From assembly GCA_025058615.1 (NCBI GenBank), contig JANXDM010000004.1, forward strand, positions 1-18,681: a DNA stretch of 18,681 nucleotides. Direction: 5' to 3'. The stretch comes from Candidatus Pacearchaeota archaeon. GTDB taxonomy: Archaea; Nanobdellota; Nanobdellia; Pacearchaeales; UBA284. Below are positions 1 to 8,037 of this stretch, in pieces. Under the pieces are notes generated by a model. The model did no database searches. It was not told the origin of the DNA and saw only the letters and a list, made by a program, of their open reading frames with translations. Position 1 is the first letter of the stretch, and each line of letters opens with the position of its first letter. The translations under genes were made by a program, and so were the position numbers.

Positions 1-1789
1 GATTTGCATGCCATGTTCCTGTAAAGTTTCCCCAAAGCTGCAATGTGCTCAAGCGCATGTTGTCTGCACATTTCAGGCTGAAGTTTATAGTCCTGCTGCT
101 GAAGAAAGAATTATTTACAGGAATTCCCAAAGTTACCAAAGGATTTGTCAAATCTATATGCAAGATTCTTGTCTCGCTCACATTCATATTTCCTCCTGTG
201 TCGTTTGCATAAACCCTATAAGTATAGGTTCCTTGTGAAAGATTTACTTTTGTAGCATTACATATTGCCCATCTATCGTATCGTGTTATATTCATGCTTT
301 CATTAACACCTTGCCATTCAAGAATGCAAGATGAAATGTTTGATTGCATGTCTGTAACATTTACTGCTATTGTAACATTTCCTATACTGATGTAAGAATT
401 GTTTGCAGGCGTAGGACTTATGAATGTTATTACAGGCAAGGACGTGTCTACATGTAATGTATAGTTGCTTGGGGCAAAAGAGCATTGGCTTGCGTTGTCA
501 CAAGCATAACAATTCCATACATAAGTTCCTTCTGCAACCCGGATCTGAAATGTTACGGGTGTTTTGTTTTGCGGCGTTGTGTTTGTTTCATTTGCATTCC
601 ATGTTCCGGTAAAGTTGCCGTATAAAGTAACATTCACTAGTTGAAAGTCATCATAAGCTGTGCATGTGAAGTTAATAATTTGAGAATTGGAAATGTGATT
701 GTTTGGTGGCGAATCTAAAGTAACAACTGGAAAATTATCTTGAATTTCTACAATTGTAAACCAAGATTCTGAAGAAGAAGTGTAATTTTGGTTTCCAGTC
801 CAATTACAAAGCCATTGGAATTTGCCTCGCACCTCTAGGAGTTGTTGCAATATAAGTGGGTCATTTTCTTCAGCTATAAGTTTCATATTGTTGTCAGGAT
901 AAGTTGTATAAAGATATACAAAACCTGTTTCAGGAACGAGCAAATCACATTTTATTTCTGCGGTCTCTCCTGGTCTGTAAGTTCTGTTGTTTCTTGTTCC
1001 ATTGAGATATAAAGCAATTTCTGAAGGAGCTTTTTCTATTGTGAAGATCCATGTGTCGCTCGAGTTCCATTGGTTGCTGGTATCTTCCGCATAACTTTTC
1101 CAGTAGTGAATTCCTGCAGGAAGCACAGAAGAAAAAACATAAATTCCGTTTGAATTGTTCATTGTATAATTTTGGGGTATTCCAGAAAAATTGCTTTCGA
1201 GCAGGACGGTGCTTACTCCATGATCGTCACGCCATTCTATAGAAAAATTAGAAAGTATTTGGGGTGAATAAATCTTTGGAACAGAAGTTGTGTTGTTGCT
1301 CCAATAAGGAGGGTTATCTCCTTGCCAAGAGCAACCTGCAAAAGAGCATGCATTACATTCTTCGAAATTGTTACATGCTTCACAACTGCCTTGATTATTC
1401 ATGCAACGCCCTTCAAGCTGGCATCCAGCATAACTCATGTATTCACACCTTTCTTCCGGCATCACCTGCTTACAGTCGGGAGAACCAGAATTCATACATC
1501 GCCTCCCTCCCCATATACAATAAGGCCGAGCCCCAAGACAACCGCTTTCATTTCCATCCCAAACACTACAGTCAAATCTTCCAGAACACATTATAAAAGA
1601 AAAAGAACATTGTGAACACGAGTTGCACAATGATTTGTTGTTATCTGCGTTATGGCAGTTGAGTTCTCCTATACAAAAACCTCGGCCTTCTGCTTCTTGC
1701 GTTGTCTTGAAAATAAAAAATACAGATAAGACTAACACAAGCAACACAAAAGCACCAATTCCTACTTTTATCAAAGATTTTTTGTTCAT
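1..1789 (-). CDS. Cys-rich, sequon-dense surface protein; N-terminal 596 aa, 3' end runs off the window
   Basis: Absent from the supplied track because it has no stop in the window. The reverse frame is open from ATG (1789..1787) to the window edge; I translated it by hand and checked plus-strand triplets for tta/cta/tca. Product starts MNKKSLIKVGIGAFVLLVLVLSVFFIF (signal anchor). A Cys-dense block follows (CIGELNCHN...CSQC...CEAC...CNAC), then repeated beta-rich modules ending LYGNFTGTWNAN / LWGNFTGTWHAN, with dozens of N-x-S/T sequons. The plus-strand track ORFs here are antisense artefacts. Confidence 0.8.
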   Translation of the reverse strand, partial: MNKKSLIKVGIGAFVLLVLVLSVFFIFKTTQEAEGRGFCIGELNCHNADNNKSLCNSCSQCSFSFIMCSGRFDCSVWDGNESGCLGARPYCIWGGRRCMNSGSPDCKQVMPEERCEYMSYAGCQLEGRCMNNQGSCEACNNFEECNACSFAGCSWQGDNPPYWSNNTTSVPKIYSPQILSNFSIEWRDDHGVSTVLLESNFSGIPQNYTMNNSNGIYVFSSVLPAGIHYWKSYAEDTSNQWNSSDTWIFTIEKAPSEIALYLNGTRNNRTYRPGETAEIKCDLLVPETGFVYLYTTYPDNNMKLIAEENDPLILQQLLEVRGKFQWLCNWTGNQNYTSSSESWFTIVEIQDNFPVVTLDSPPNNHISNSQIINFTCTAYDDFQLVNVTLYGNFTGTWNANETNTTPQNKTPVTFQIRVAEGTYVWNCYACDNASQCSFAPSNYTLHVDTSLPVITFISPTPANNSYISIGNVTIAVNVTDMQSNISSCILEWQGVNESMNITRYDRWAICNATKVNLSQGTYTYRVYANDTGGNMNVSETRILHIDLTNPLVTLGIPVNNSFFSSRTINFSLKCADNMRLSTLQLWGNFTGTWHAN

Positions 1790-1951
1790 CCTCTTTTGTA
1801 ATTGTTTGATGATTTTTACATTTATAAGTTTTTTGTGTTATTTTTTATTTTTTATTTCTCAATTGTTGAAATTTTTTATTTTTAAGTGGTATCATTTTAA
1901 GAATTATAGAAAAGTTTTTAAAGGCATCATTCTTAAAAACAATGAAGAAAA

Positions 1952-2188
1952 ATGAAAAAAAATTTAATAAAAAATACATCAAAATTAATTGTTCCTTTAG
2001 CTCTTTTCGCAACGACATTGATTGAAAGAGAAAAGGTTGGTTCAACTTTTGATAGTTTAGGTAATTTTTTAACCAATCTTTTTACGAACCAAGCTTGTGG
2101 TGCAGCTGCTTTTGAAGGACAAATACTTCCAAATCAAGGGATCTTGTTTTCATTCATAGAGTTATTGGGGGAATCGAGGATAGTTTGA
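1952..2188 (+). CDS. Signal-peptide-bearing 78-aa fragment, probably the displaced 5' part of the downstream gene
   Basis: MKKNLIKNTSKLIVPLALFATTLIE looks like a signal peptide (basic N-region plus hydrophobic core). The ORF ends inside the start of the next ORF, which itself lacks any signal peptide. A TATA-like tttttaaag lies about 35 nt upstream. Confidence 0.4.
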   Translation: MKKNLIKNTSKLIVPLALFATTLIEREKVGSTFDSLGNFLTNLFTNQACGAAAFEGQILPNQGILFSFIELLGESRIV

Positions 2189-4254
2189 TAGGATGGGCAG
2201 ATATTGGTAGTGATGGTTTTTATCGTTGTGAACTTTATGATTTGAATAGGGGAGATACAGTAAGACTTAAATTTAAAAATAATCGAGATTCTCCTTCGCT
2301 CGCAGAAATTCATTTTCCTGATGTTCGAGGAGGAATAATACCAATATTAAATTTTCCACCAACGATTCATTGCAGACGAAATTCTACTGAACCTCTTATT
2401 AATTTCACAACCTATAGGGTTGAGGATTTCTTTTTTAGAGCTAGAGCTCGTGGTCATATTTATGTTGTATGCTTTACAAAGAATAACCCAAATATTGTTG
2501 TGGACACAATTAATTTATCACCATCATATTATCAGCATGCGATGCATCTACACTTACAACTACTACCTGACCCTGATAGCGTAAAATTCATTTTTGTAAG
2601 GGATGGTGAAGATATAAATTATTGTTTAATAGACAGCATTCCGAGAGATGGTGGTTGGTTGGATGCAAGAAAAAATGGCGATGATGTAATAATGCTTAAA
2701 AAATTTTATGGTGAGCCTGGAGGAAGGTCTAATAATGTATATGACACTATTCACTTATACGGTATTTTAGTTATCAAACCACATGATATAGAAGTAAAAA
2801 GTGTAAATGCACCGCGGCAAGTTTCACAAGGTAAAATCTTTACAGCAAAAGTTCACGTAAAAAATAACAAATGGTTTAACGCACAAGTACCTTTAGTCTT
2901 GAATCTCTTTAATCCTTCAGGTGATAGTATCGAAACTGCTTTGAAAATAGACACTCTTGGACCTTTTGAACACAACATCTTAGACTTTGAAGTCAGTACA
3001 AGAAATTTGCCTCCCGGTAATTATAAAATTGTTGCCATCGCTAGAGCTAACAATGATCAAAACACTAGTAATGATACTGCTTCGACTCAGATAGAAATTG
3101 TTCCAGGACCACCACCCGGCTGGCAAGAAAGAAGTAATGTCCCTCCTGGTCCTAAAAACAAAAAATGTAAAGAAGGAACAGATGCTTGCTCAGATGCTTA
3201 TTATAATATCCACTTGTTTAAAGGAGGGACTCTCGAGTATTATGTTTATGATCCAAATCAAAATATTTGGATCCAAAGAACAGATTTGCCAGCCGGAAAA
3301 AGAGGAAAAGCAAAAAAAGGTTCTTCTATAATATACGCTGATGGCAAAATTTACTTTAAACACGGCAACAGTGAAGAATTCTATCGAAAAGACACAGCTA
3401 TCGGAGCCCCGTGGGAATCTCTTGCTAGCTTTACATTTAATAATAAAAATGTTAAAGTTAAAGATGGGACTGACTTAGTTTGGGATGGTAGAGATACTCT
3501 TTTTATGACTTGTGGTAATATTAGCTATAATAAAAAAGCAATTGTTGCGAAATATGACATTAAAAGCAATAGTTGGACATATGAATTTTTTCCTTTTGTT
3601 GATAAGTTCAAAGGGGGAACTTCGATGGCGTTTTCCCCTATAGATAGTTCAATTTGGCTTGTACCAGGAAAAACGCGATCGATATATAGACGTACACGTG
3701 AAGGAACATGGGAAAAAGTTGTAGATATTCCTGATGTACCAGAAAAAAAACCAAAAAGTATAGCCTGGCTTGATTCTTCTATTTATGTAGCAGTAGGAGG
3801 AAAGGAGGGAAGGAACTTTGTTCGATATAATCTTGCCACAAACAACTGGGAGCTGTTGCAATCATTCCCATCAATAAAGGGGAAACAACCAAAGCGTCCT
3901 GTTCTTGTATCGACTGAAGAAGAGATTTATGGTTTGGGAGGAAATAATACAAATAATTTTTTTGTATATAATCCACCACCATTGTTGAGCTTTAGCTGTC
4001 TGGAAAACAAAATCGAAAAAATAAAAAACAACAAAGAAGAAACAATAATCGTAAAGAGCAATGACTATGACAGCTATGTTATCTCTGGGAAAATACCTTG
4101 TAATGGTTATATTTACGATATAACTGGAAAAAAAGTTGGTGAAGTTAACAAGGGAGTTCTTAATATAAGCAATTTAAGACCAGGTATCTATTATTTACAA
4201 ACGAAGGATGATAGAAAAGAAAAAATTAAGAGTTACAAAATTGTAGTAAAATAA
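2185..4254 (+). CDS. Secreted-type multidomain protein: N-terminal unknown region, CARDB-like domain, Kelch-like beta-propeller, T9SS-type (Por_Secre_tail-like) C-terminal domain
   Basis: 689-aa ORF with a TTG start in the track; its frame stays open upstream to 2116. Residues ~199-306 (HDIEVKSVNAP...GNYKIVAIARANNDQNTSNDTASTQIEIV) follow the CARDB pattern. Residues ~310-600 carry repeated YDxxxNxW / IYxxGG blade-like units. The last ~70 aa (IYDITGKKVGEVNKGVLNISNLRPGIYYLQTKDDRKEKIKSYKIVVK) match the T9SS sorting-domain pattern. Confidence 0.8.
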   Translation: MIGWADIGSDGFYRCELYDLNRGDTVRLKFKNNRDSPSLAEIHFPDVRGGIIPILNFPPTIHCRRNSTEPLINFTTYRVEDFFFRARARGHIYVVCFTKNNPNIVVDTINLSPSYYQHAMHLHLQLLPDPDSVKFIFVRDGEDINYCLIDSIPRDGGWLDARKNGDDVIMLKKFYGEPGGRSNNVYDTIHLYGILVIKPHDIEVKSVNAPRQVSQGKIFTAKVHVKNNKWFNAQVPLVLNLFNPSGDSIETALKIDTLGPFEHNILDFEVSTRNLPPGNYKIVAIARANNDQNTSNDTASTQIEIVPGPPPGWQERSNVPPGPKNKKCKEGTDACSDAYYNIHLFKGGTLEYYVYDPNQNIWIQRTDLPAGKRGKAKKGSSIIYADGKIYFKHGNSEEFYRKDTAIGAPWESLASFTFNNKNVKVKDGTDLVWDGRDTLFMTCGNISYNKKAIVAKYDIKSNSWTYEFFPFVDKFKGGTSMAFSPIDSSIWLVPGKTRSIYRRTREGTWEKVVDIPDVPEKKPKSIAWLDSSIYVAVGGKEGRNFVRYNLATNNWELLQSFPSIKGKQPKRPVLVSTEEEIYGLGGNNTNNFFVYNPPPLLSFSCLENKIEKIKNNKEETIIVKSNDYDSYVISGKIPCNGYIYDITGKKVGEVNKGVLNISNLRPGIYYLQTKDDRKEKIKSYKIVVK

Positions 4255-4453
4255 CTTTACTTTTCTTGAAATTCTTCATTTTTTTGTTCACTTCTTTTTG
4301 CAGCATAGGAGGAAGTTTTTCGAATTGTTGCAACGACCAAAACTTTAAATTCCATTCATAATCAGAGTTCTGGTTTATTTTTTCTAAAATTTTTTCTCTT
4401 TCCTCTTTTGTCATTTCATTCCAAAATTTTTCTACTTCGGCACATATTTTCAT
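4226..4453 (-). CDS. Hypothetical small protein (75 aa)
   Basis: ATG-initiated ORF filling an otherwise empty gap. Charged helical composition (KFWNEMTKEEREKILEKI). Its 3' end overlaps the convergent gene by 29 nt. No motif recognised. Confidence 0.35.
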   Translation of the reverse strand: MKICAEVEKFWNEMTKEEREKILEKINQNSDYEWNLKFWSLQQFEKLPPMLQKEVNKKMKNFKKSKVILLQFCNS

Positions 4454-4518
4454 GGAGCAAATAGAAGAAATAAAAAAAATTCTAAAGAATGAAAATCAAT
4501 AGTAACTTTTTAGTAGTA

Positions 4519-4539
4519 AAAAACGAAAAATTTTTAAAT
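4519..4539 (+). promoter_or_regulatory. BRE/TATA-like promoter of the 4560 gene
   Basis: aaaaacgaaaaatttttaaat has a purine-rich BRE-like part followed by a TATA-like part. Its centre is about 25 nt upstream of ATG 4560, which implies a leaderless mRNA. Near-identical motifs occur at 7452..7472, 14250..14270 and 14288..14308. Confidence 0.5.
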
Positions 4540-4559
4540 GCTTTTAGCTTTGAATTTTC

Positions 4560-5570
4560 ATGAAAGAAAAATATAGCATAATAGCAATCCCAGAGCTTAG
4601 AAATTCCCAAGATCTAGAAGACCGTTGTGAAGGTGTTTTCCCTAAAGTAAATAAAGATTTGCTTGTTATTCTAGGGACTTTAGTTTATCCATATTTCCTT
4701 TTTGGCAAAGAAGAAGAAAAATATGGTTACTCCTCTACCAAAGAAAATTTGGATCGTACGATGAACATCTTTAATTATTATTTGAATGAACAACTTCAAA
4801 AAAAAAGACTGAAAAATTTTCCCCAATTTATAAAAGAAACAAAAGACGGGGTTTTGAGAATAGATAGAGATAAATTATCAAAAGCTGTAGAAACTTTAAA
4901 CGACATTATAGAAAAAACTGAAAAGGAAGTAAAGGAGGAATATAAGAGAATAGCAGACAAGCTTGAGAAAATGAAGACTCCTTACTTTATAGTTCCGAGT
5001 GTCTTTGATTTTGAACCTCTCTTGAGAGAATATTTCAAAGATAAAATTTTGCACAAAGAAGTCAAAAATTTAGAAGGCATTCTAATTAGTGGTTTTGGGG
5101 GTTCTCCGTATATTCCTCAAATACCTTTGCTTTTGGAAGGACCTTATCTCTTTAAAGAAGATGCTCATGTGAATGGAGGGAAAATTGAAGTTAATTACTC
5201 TGAAGCAATAGACTTTTTTAACCAAATCGAGCAACCAGATTTGGTCTTTACTTTTTGGCCTCCTTTTGGTTTTTCCGATGAAATAGAAGAATCTCTTGGA
5301 AATAAAAAATCTGTAGGAAGTCCTGGATTGTGTGTTGTTTTAGAAAATGCAAACCCAGATCTTTGGATTGTAGGAAGAGGATTCGAAAGGGATGTTAAAT
5401 ACAAGCAAATTGGAGGAACATATATTGTTTCTGGCGCTCCACAAGACGTGATTCATGTTCTTTATGATCTTGATGATAGAAATGCAGAAATTAACTTTTA
5501 TGTTGATAAGAAGCTAGTAATGCACGCAAAAACCAGCGATACAAGCCTAATGAAAGAAATATTTTTTTAG
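4560..5570 (+). CDS. Metallophosphoesterase-fold (COG2129/Icc-related type) homolog with all metal-ligand motifs degenerate; contains a coiled-coil insertion
   Basis: The motif order matches the calcineurin-like phosphoesterase fold, but the ligands are replaced: IIAIPELRN (expected DxH), LVILGTLV (GD), FIVPSVFDF (GNHD/E), SGFGGSP retained, LVFTFWPPFG (H.PP), VGSPGL retained, LWIVGRGFE (GHxHE), YIVSGAP (NPGS). A Lys/Glu-rich helical insert of about 100 aa lies between motifs II and III. Confidence 0.6.
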   Translation: MKEKYSIIAIPELRNSQDLEDRCEGVFPKVNKDLLVILGTLVYPYFLFGKEEEKYGYSSTKENLDRTMNIFNYYLNEQLQKKRLKNFPQFIKETKDGVLRIDRDKLSKAVETLNDIIEKTEKEVKEEYKRIADKLEKMKTPYFIVPSVFDFEPLLREYFKDKILHKEVKNLEGILISGFGGSPYIPQIPLLLEGPYLFKEDAHVNGGKIEVNYSEAIDFFNQIEQPDLVFTFWPPFGFSDEIEESLGNKKSVGSPGLCVVLENANPDLWIVGRGFERDVKYKQIGGTYIVSGAPQDVIHVLYDLDDRNAEINFYVDKKLVMHAKTSDTSLMKEIFF

Positions 5571-5571
5571 A

Positions 5572-5593
5572 TTTTTTGTGTTTTCCTTTTTTT
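5572..5593 (+). terminator. Oligo-T tracts (archaeal-type terminator candidate)
   Basis: T6, T4 and T7 runs lie immediately after the TAG stop at 5568..5570. Confidence 0.35.
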
Positions 5594-5684
5594 CAAAACA
5601 GATAGCTTTTAGCTTTTTGAAGTTCATTGCTTTACTTGTTTTGATTAAATTCTTCAAAATCTTTTTATATCTTAAATCTTTTAC

Positions 5685-6575
5685 GTGTTTATGAATTATG
5701 TTTTGCAAAGCGGAAAAAAATTAAGCGAGAAAAAATTTTGTTCTTACATCGAGAGAAAAGTTTTCAAGACAATTAGAAAATATAAACTCATAGAAAGAAA
5801 GGACAAAATAGCTGTTGCATGCTCCGGTGGAAAAGATAGCAATACTACTTTGTTTTTGTTGAACAAGTTTGCTTTGCAGAACAACATCCCAAGACCAGAA
5901 GCGCTTGCAATAGAAGAAGCAAAATTCAGAAAAAAATTACTTTTTGAATTAAAAAGATTCTGCGATTCTTTAGGTATAGAGTTGCATGTTTTCTCCTTCA
6001 AGAAAGAATTTGGCTTTTTTCTTGATCAAAAGCTTAGAAAAATAAAAAGTCTTGGTTTTAGCAATTGTTATGTTTGCAGTATCTTGAAAAGATACCTACT
6101 AAACAAAAAAGCGCGAGAATTAGGATTTACAAAAGTCGCTACAGGCCACTCATTGGATGATGCTGCGGAAAATTTTTTACTCAACTTGTTAAAAGGTAAT
6201 GCAGAACTTCTTGCAAAAGAAGGTCCTCTTGCAGGAGTTAGGAGCCATCCTTTTTTTGTACAAAGAATAAAACCTCTCTATTTTTGTTCAACAAAAGAAA
6301 TAATCCATTATTCAAAAATAAAAAAAATCCCTGCCAGTTTAAAAGTTTGTCCTTTGAGAACGCTAACCATTAGAGTAGAGGTAAGAAAATGGTTGGAAAA
6401 AATGGAGAAAAAGCATCAAGGAGTAAAAAATGCCATTGTTAATTGCATGTTAAAAATTTTACCTTTTTTGAAACAAACCTATAGTGATTCTGAAATTCTC
6501 GAGTGCAAAAAATGCGGCGAGCCTTCTGCTTCAGGGCAATGTAAGGCTTGCTTTTTATTAGAAAAGTTACTTTAA
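5685..6575 (+). CDS. ttuA: PP-loop ATPase, tRNA 2-thiolation enzyme of the TtuA/Ncs6(NcsA) family
   Basis: PP-loop ACSGGKDS. Also ATGHSLDDAAENFLLNLLKG, putative Fe-S ligands NCYVCSILKR and KVCPL, and a C-terminal zinc ribbon CKKCGEP...CKACF. The track start is GTG 5685; ATG 5691 (MNYVL) is equally possible. TATA-like ctttttatatc lies about 25 nt upstream. The stop overlaps the scpA stop (ttaa). Confidence 0.85.
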   Translation: MFMNYVLQSGKKLSEKKFCSYIERKVFKTIRKYKLIERKDKIAVACSGGKDSNTTLFLLNKFALQNNIPRPEALAIEEAKFRKKLLFELKRFCDSLGIELHVFSFKKEFGFFLDQKLRKIKSLGFSNCYVCSILKRYLLNKKARELGFTKVATGHSLDDAAENFLLNLLKGNAELLAKEGPLAGVRSHPFFVQRIKPLYFCSTKEIIHYSKIKKIPASLKVCPLRTLTIRVEVRKWLEKMEKKHQGVKNAIVNCMLKILPFLKQTYSDSEILECKKCGEPSASGQCKACFLLEKLL

Positions 6576-7318
6576 AGTTCCTTCGGGTTTTTTGGAAAGA
6601 TTTCAATTTCTCCAAATGGTTCTTTTTGTTCTAACCATATCCGTTTTTGATTATCGAGAAAAACCAGAGGAACGAACGTCATAATTTTTTCTTCCCTACT
6701 TTTAGTCGAGAGCAATTCAGAAAATAGAATCTTTTCTTTTTTTTCTTTGTAAAAAAGATGCTTCAACATAGACCAAATTTCTTTTATTTTTTTTGGTATG
6801 TTCAACATTGGTTTTGGAAGAACGTTTTCTAACTGTTTTCTCGCTCTTGCAAGCCATAGCTTTCTTTTTATTCTTCTTTGTTCTGTGTTTATTGCGCGTT
6901 CGAGTGCTTGCATCAATTCTTGTAAACTTATTTTTCTTGCCCGAGGAAAAGGAGTCTTCGGTATTAAGAACTCTTCTTCCAAAGTATCAGGTGTGATTAT
7001 TTGTTGTGGTTTTGCCAACTCAATCTTTTTTTCTTCTTTTTCTTTTGTACTCTTTATACTTTCTAAGAGAATTTCAGATTTCATTCTTAACAGAATTGCT
7101 GCCGCAAGCAAAACCTTGGATGTTATGAAAAAATTCTGTTCTTCCAATTTTCTTATTTGGTCTAGAAACCTATTTGCAAGCGTAATGATGTCTATGTCCC
7201 AAGGATCGAGTTGTTCCGTCCTTACAAGCTCATATATTATAGATTGCCAGCTCGGCTCTCTCGAGATTAATAAATCGTAAAGTTGCTCTTGCGTTATTTT
7301 TTCTTGAACCATGAACAA
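6572..7318 (-). CDS. scpA: Segregation and condensation protein A (kleisin ScpA)
   Basis: Typical N-terminus: WQSIIYELVRTEQLDPWDIDIITLANRFLDQIRKLEEQNFFITSKVLLAAAILLRMKSE. The C-terminal winged-helix-like region is also present. Confidence 0.9.
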   Translation of the reverse strand: MFMVQEKITQEQLYDLLISREPSWQSIIYELVRTEQLDPWDIDIITLANRFLDQIRKLEEQNFFITSKVLLAAAILLRMKSEILLESIKSTKEKEEKKIELAKPQQIITPDTLEEEFLIPKTPFPRARKISLQELMQALERAINTEQRRIKRKLWLARARKQLENVLPKPMLNIPKKIKEIWSMLKHLFYKEKKEKILFSELLSTKSREEKIMTFVPLVFLDNQKRIWLEQKEPFGEIEIFPKNPKEL

Positions 7319-7451
7319 AAAAAGATAATCGCTTTTTAAAATTTTTAAATTTTTTAAAATCTTTAATTTTTCTTAATAATACGAAAACCAGGAGTACAAA
7401 TAAAAAATTTTATTTTTAAACTTTTTATAGTTACTACTTTAAAATTTAGAC

Positions 7452-7472
7452 AAAAACGAAAAATTTATAAAT
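7452..7472 (+). promoter_or_regulatory. Orphan BRE/TATA-like motif with no protein gene downstream
   Basis: aaaaacgaaaaatttataaat differs at 1 of 21 positions from the promoter at 4519..4539. On the plus strand it points at the GC-rich stem-loop at 7505..7557, not at an ORF. Confidence 0.4.
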
Positions 7473-7504
7473 CCCAGATTACTCGTTTTTTTACACCTCT
7501 TTTT

Positions 7505-7557
7505 CCCCAGGAGAGGTCGATGCAAATCTCTTTGACTTGCTAAGGCCTCTCCCAGGG
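7505..7557. other. GC-rich imperfect inverted repeat / extended stem-loop (candidate small structured RNA or 3'-UTR element)
   Basis: Arms ccccaggagagg (7505..7516) and cctctcccaggg (7546..7557), with an inner gcaa/ttgc stem (7522..7525 / 7537..7540). Read on the minus strand, the outer stem is 12 contiguous pairs including tandem G-U. Read on the plus strand it has a 2x2 C-A/A-C internal loop but gains U-G and C-G pairs at 7517/7545 and 7518/7544. It is a GC island in AT-rich spacer, 9 nt from the rps27ae stop, and T runs follow it on the plus strand. Confidence 0.5.
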
Positions 7558-7565
7558 TTTTCTAA

Positions 7566-7772
7566 TCATTTTTTTGTTGTATATTCTGTATAGTAGCATT
7601 TCCCGCAGAATAATCTGTCTTTGTGCTCTGCAAGAAAAATTCCAGGACCACACCTCGGACAAAACCTAGGCTTTTTGCCTTGGATATATTTTTTCCATCT
7701 TTCGCTACTTTTCTTGTTTTTTTTCTTTCTTTTCCCTTTTCTTACTCTTGTTTCTTCCTTCTCTTTAGGCAT
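7566..7772 (-). CDS. rps27ae: Ribosomal protein S27ae (eS31)
   Basis: Zinc ribbon [26 protein letters not shown] after a Lys-rich N-terminus. Last gene of the conserved rpo7-spt4-S24e-S27ae block. Confidence 0.9.
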   Translation of the reverse strand: MPKEKEETRVRKGKRKKKNKKSSERWKKYIQGKKPRFCPRCGPGIFLAEHKDRLFCGKCYYTEYTTKK

Positions 7773-8037
7773 TTTTTTGTTTTTCTTTTTTATTTTTTTC
7801 GAATTTTTTCAAGGATTCTTGCGAATCGTAAACGTAAGCTATTATTTTTGATTCCTGTTTTCCAAATTGCTGGTAAATATGTTTTACAACAATTAGTTCT
7901 TTTGGTTTTTCTAGCAGAGAAGAAAGTTGCTCACGAATTTCTTCTTTTGTTGGTGTAATCTCTTTTTCTGCTTTTGCCAAAATTTCAGTTCTTTCTACTA
8001 ACGGCTTGTATTCTTTTTTTTCTATTGTTATTTTCAT
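7765..8037 (-). CDS. rps24e: Ribosomal protein S24e (eS24)
   Basis: [24 protein letters not shown]...[34 protein letters not shown] follows the S24e pattern. ATGA start/stop overlap with spt4. Confidence 0.9.
   Translation of the reverse strand: MKITIEKKEYKPLVERTEILAKAEKEITPTKEEIREQLSSLLEKPKELIVVKHIYQQFGKQESKIIAYVYDSQESLKKFEKNKKEKQKNA

Noticed and set aside
8-1955. Six plus-strand track ORFs (62-110 aa) across the first 2 kb
   Set aside because: They overlap one another in different frames. They lie antisense to a continuous 596-codon minus-strand ORF with clear signal-anchor and domain structure, and their products are low-complexity or Cys/His-rich mirror artefacts.
4540-5629. Direct repeat gcttttagcttt(..)gaa flanking the degenerate phosphoesterase gene, as a possible insertion footprint
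   Set aside because: Only 12 nt match exactly, with loose similarity beyond. Matches of that length are expected by chance many times in an 18.7-kb AT-rich window.
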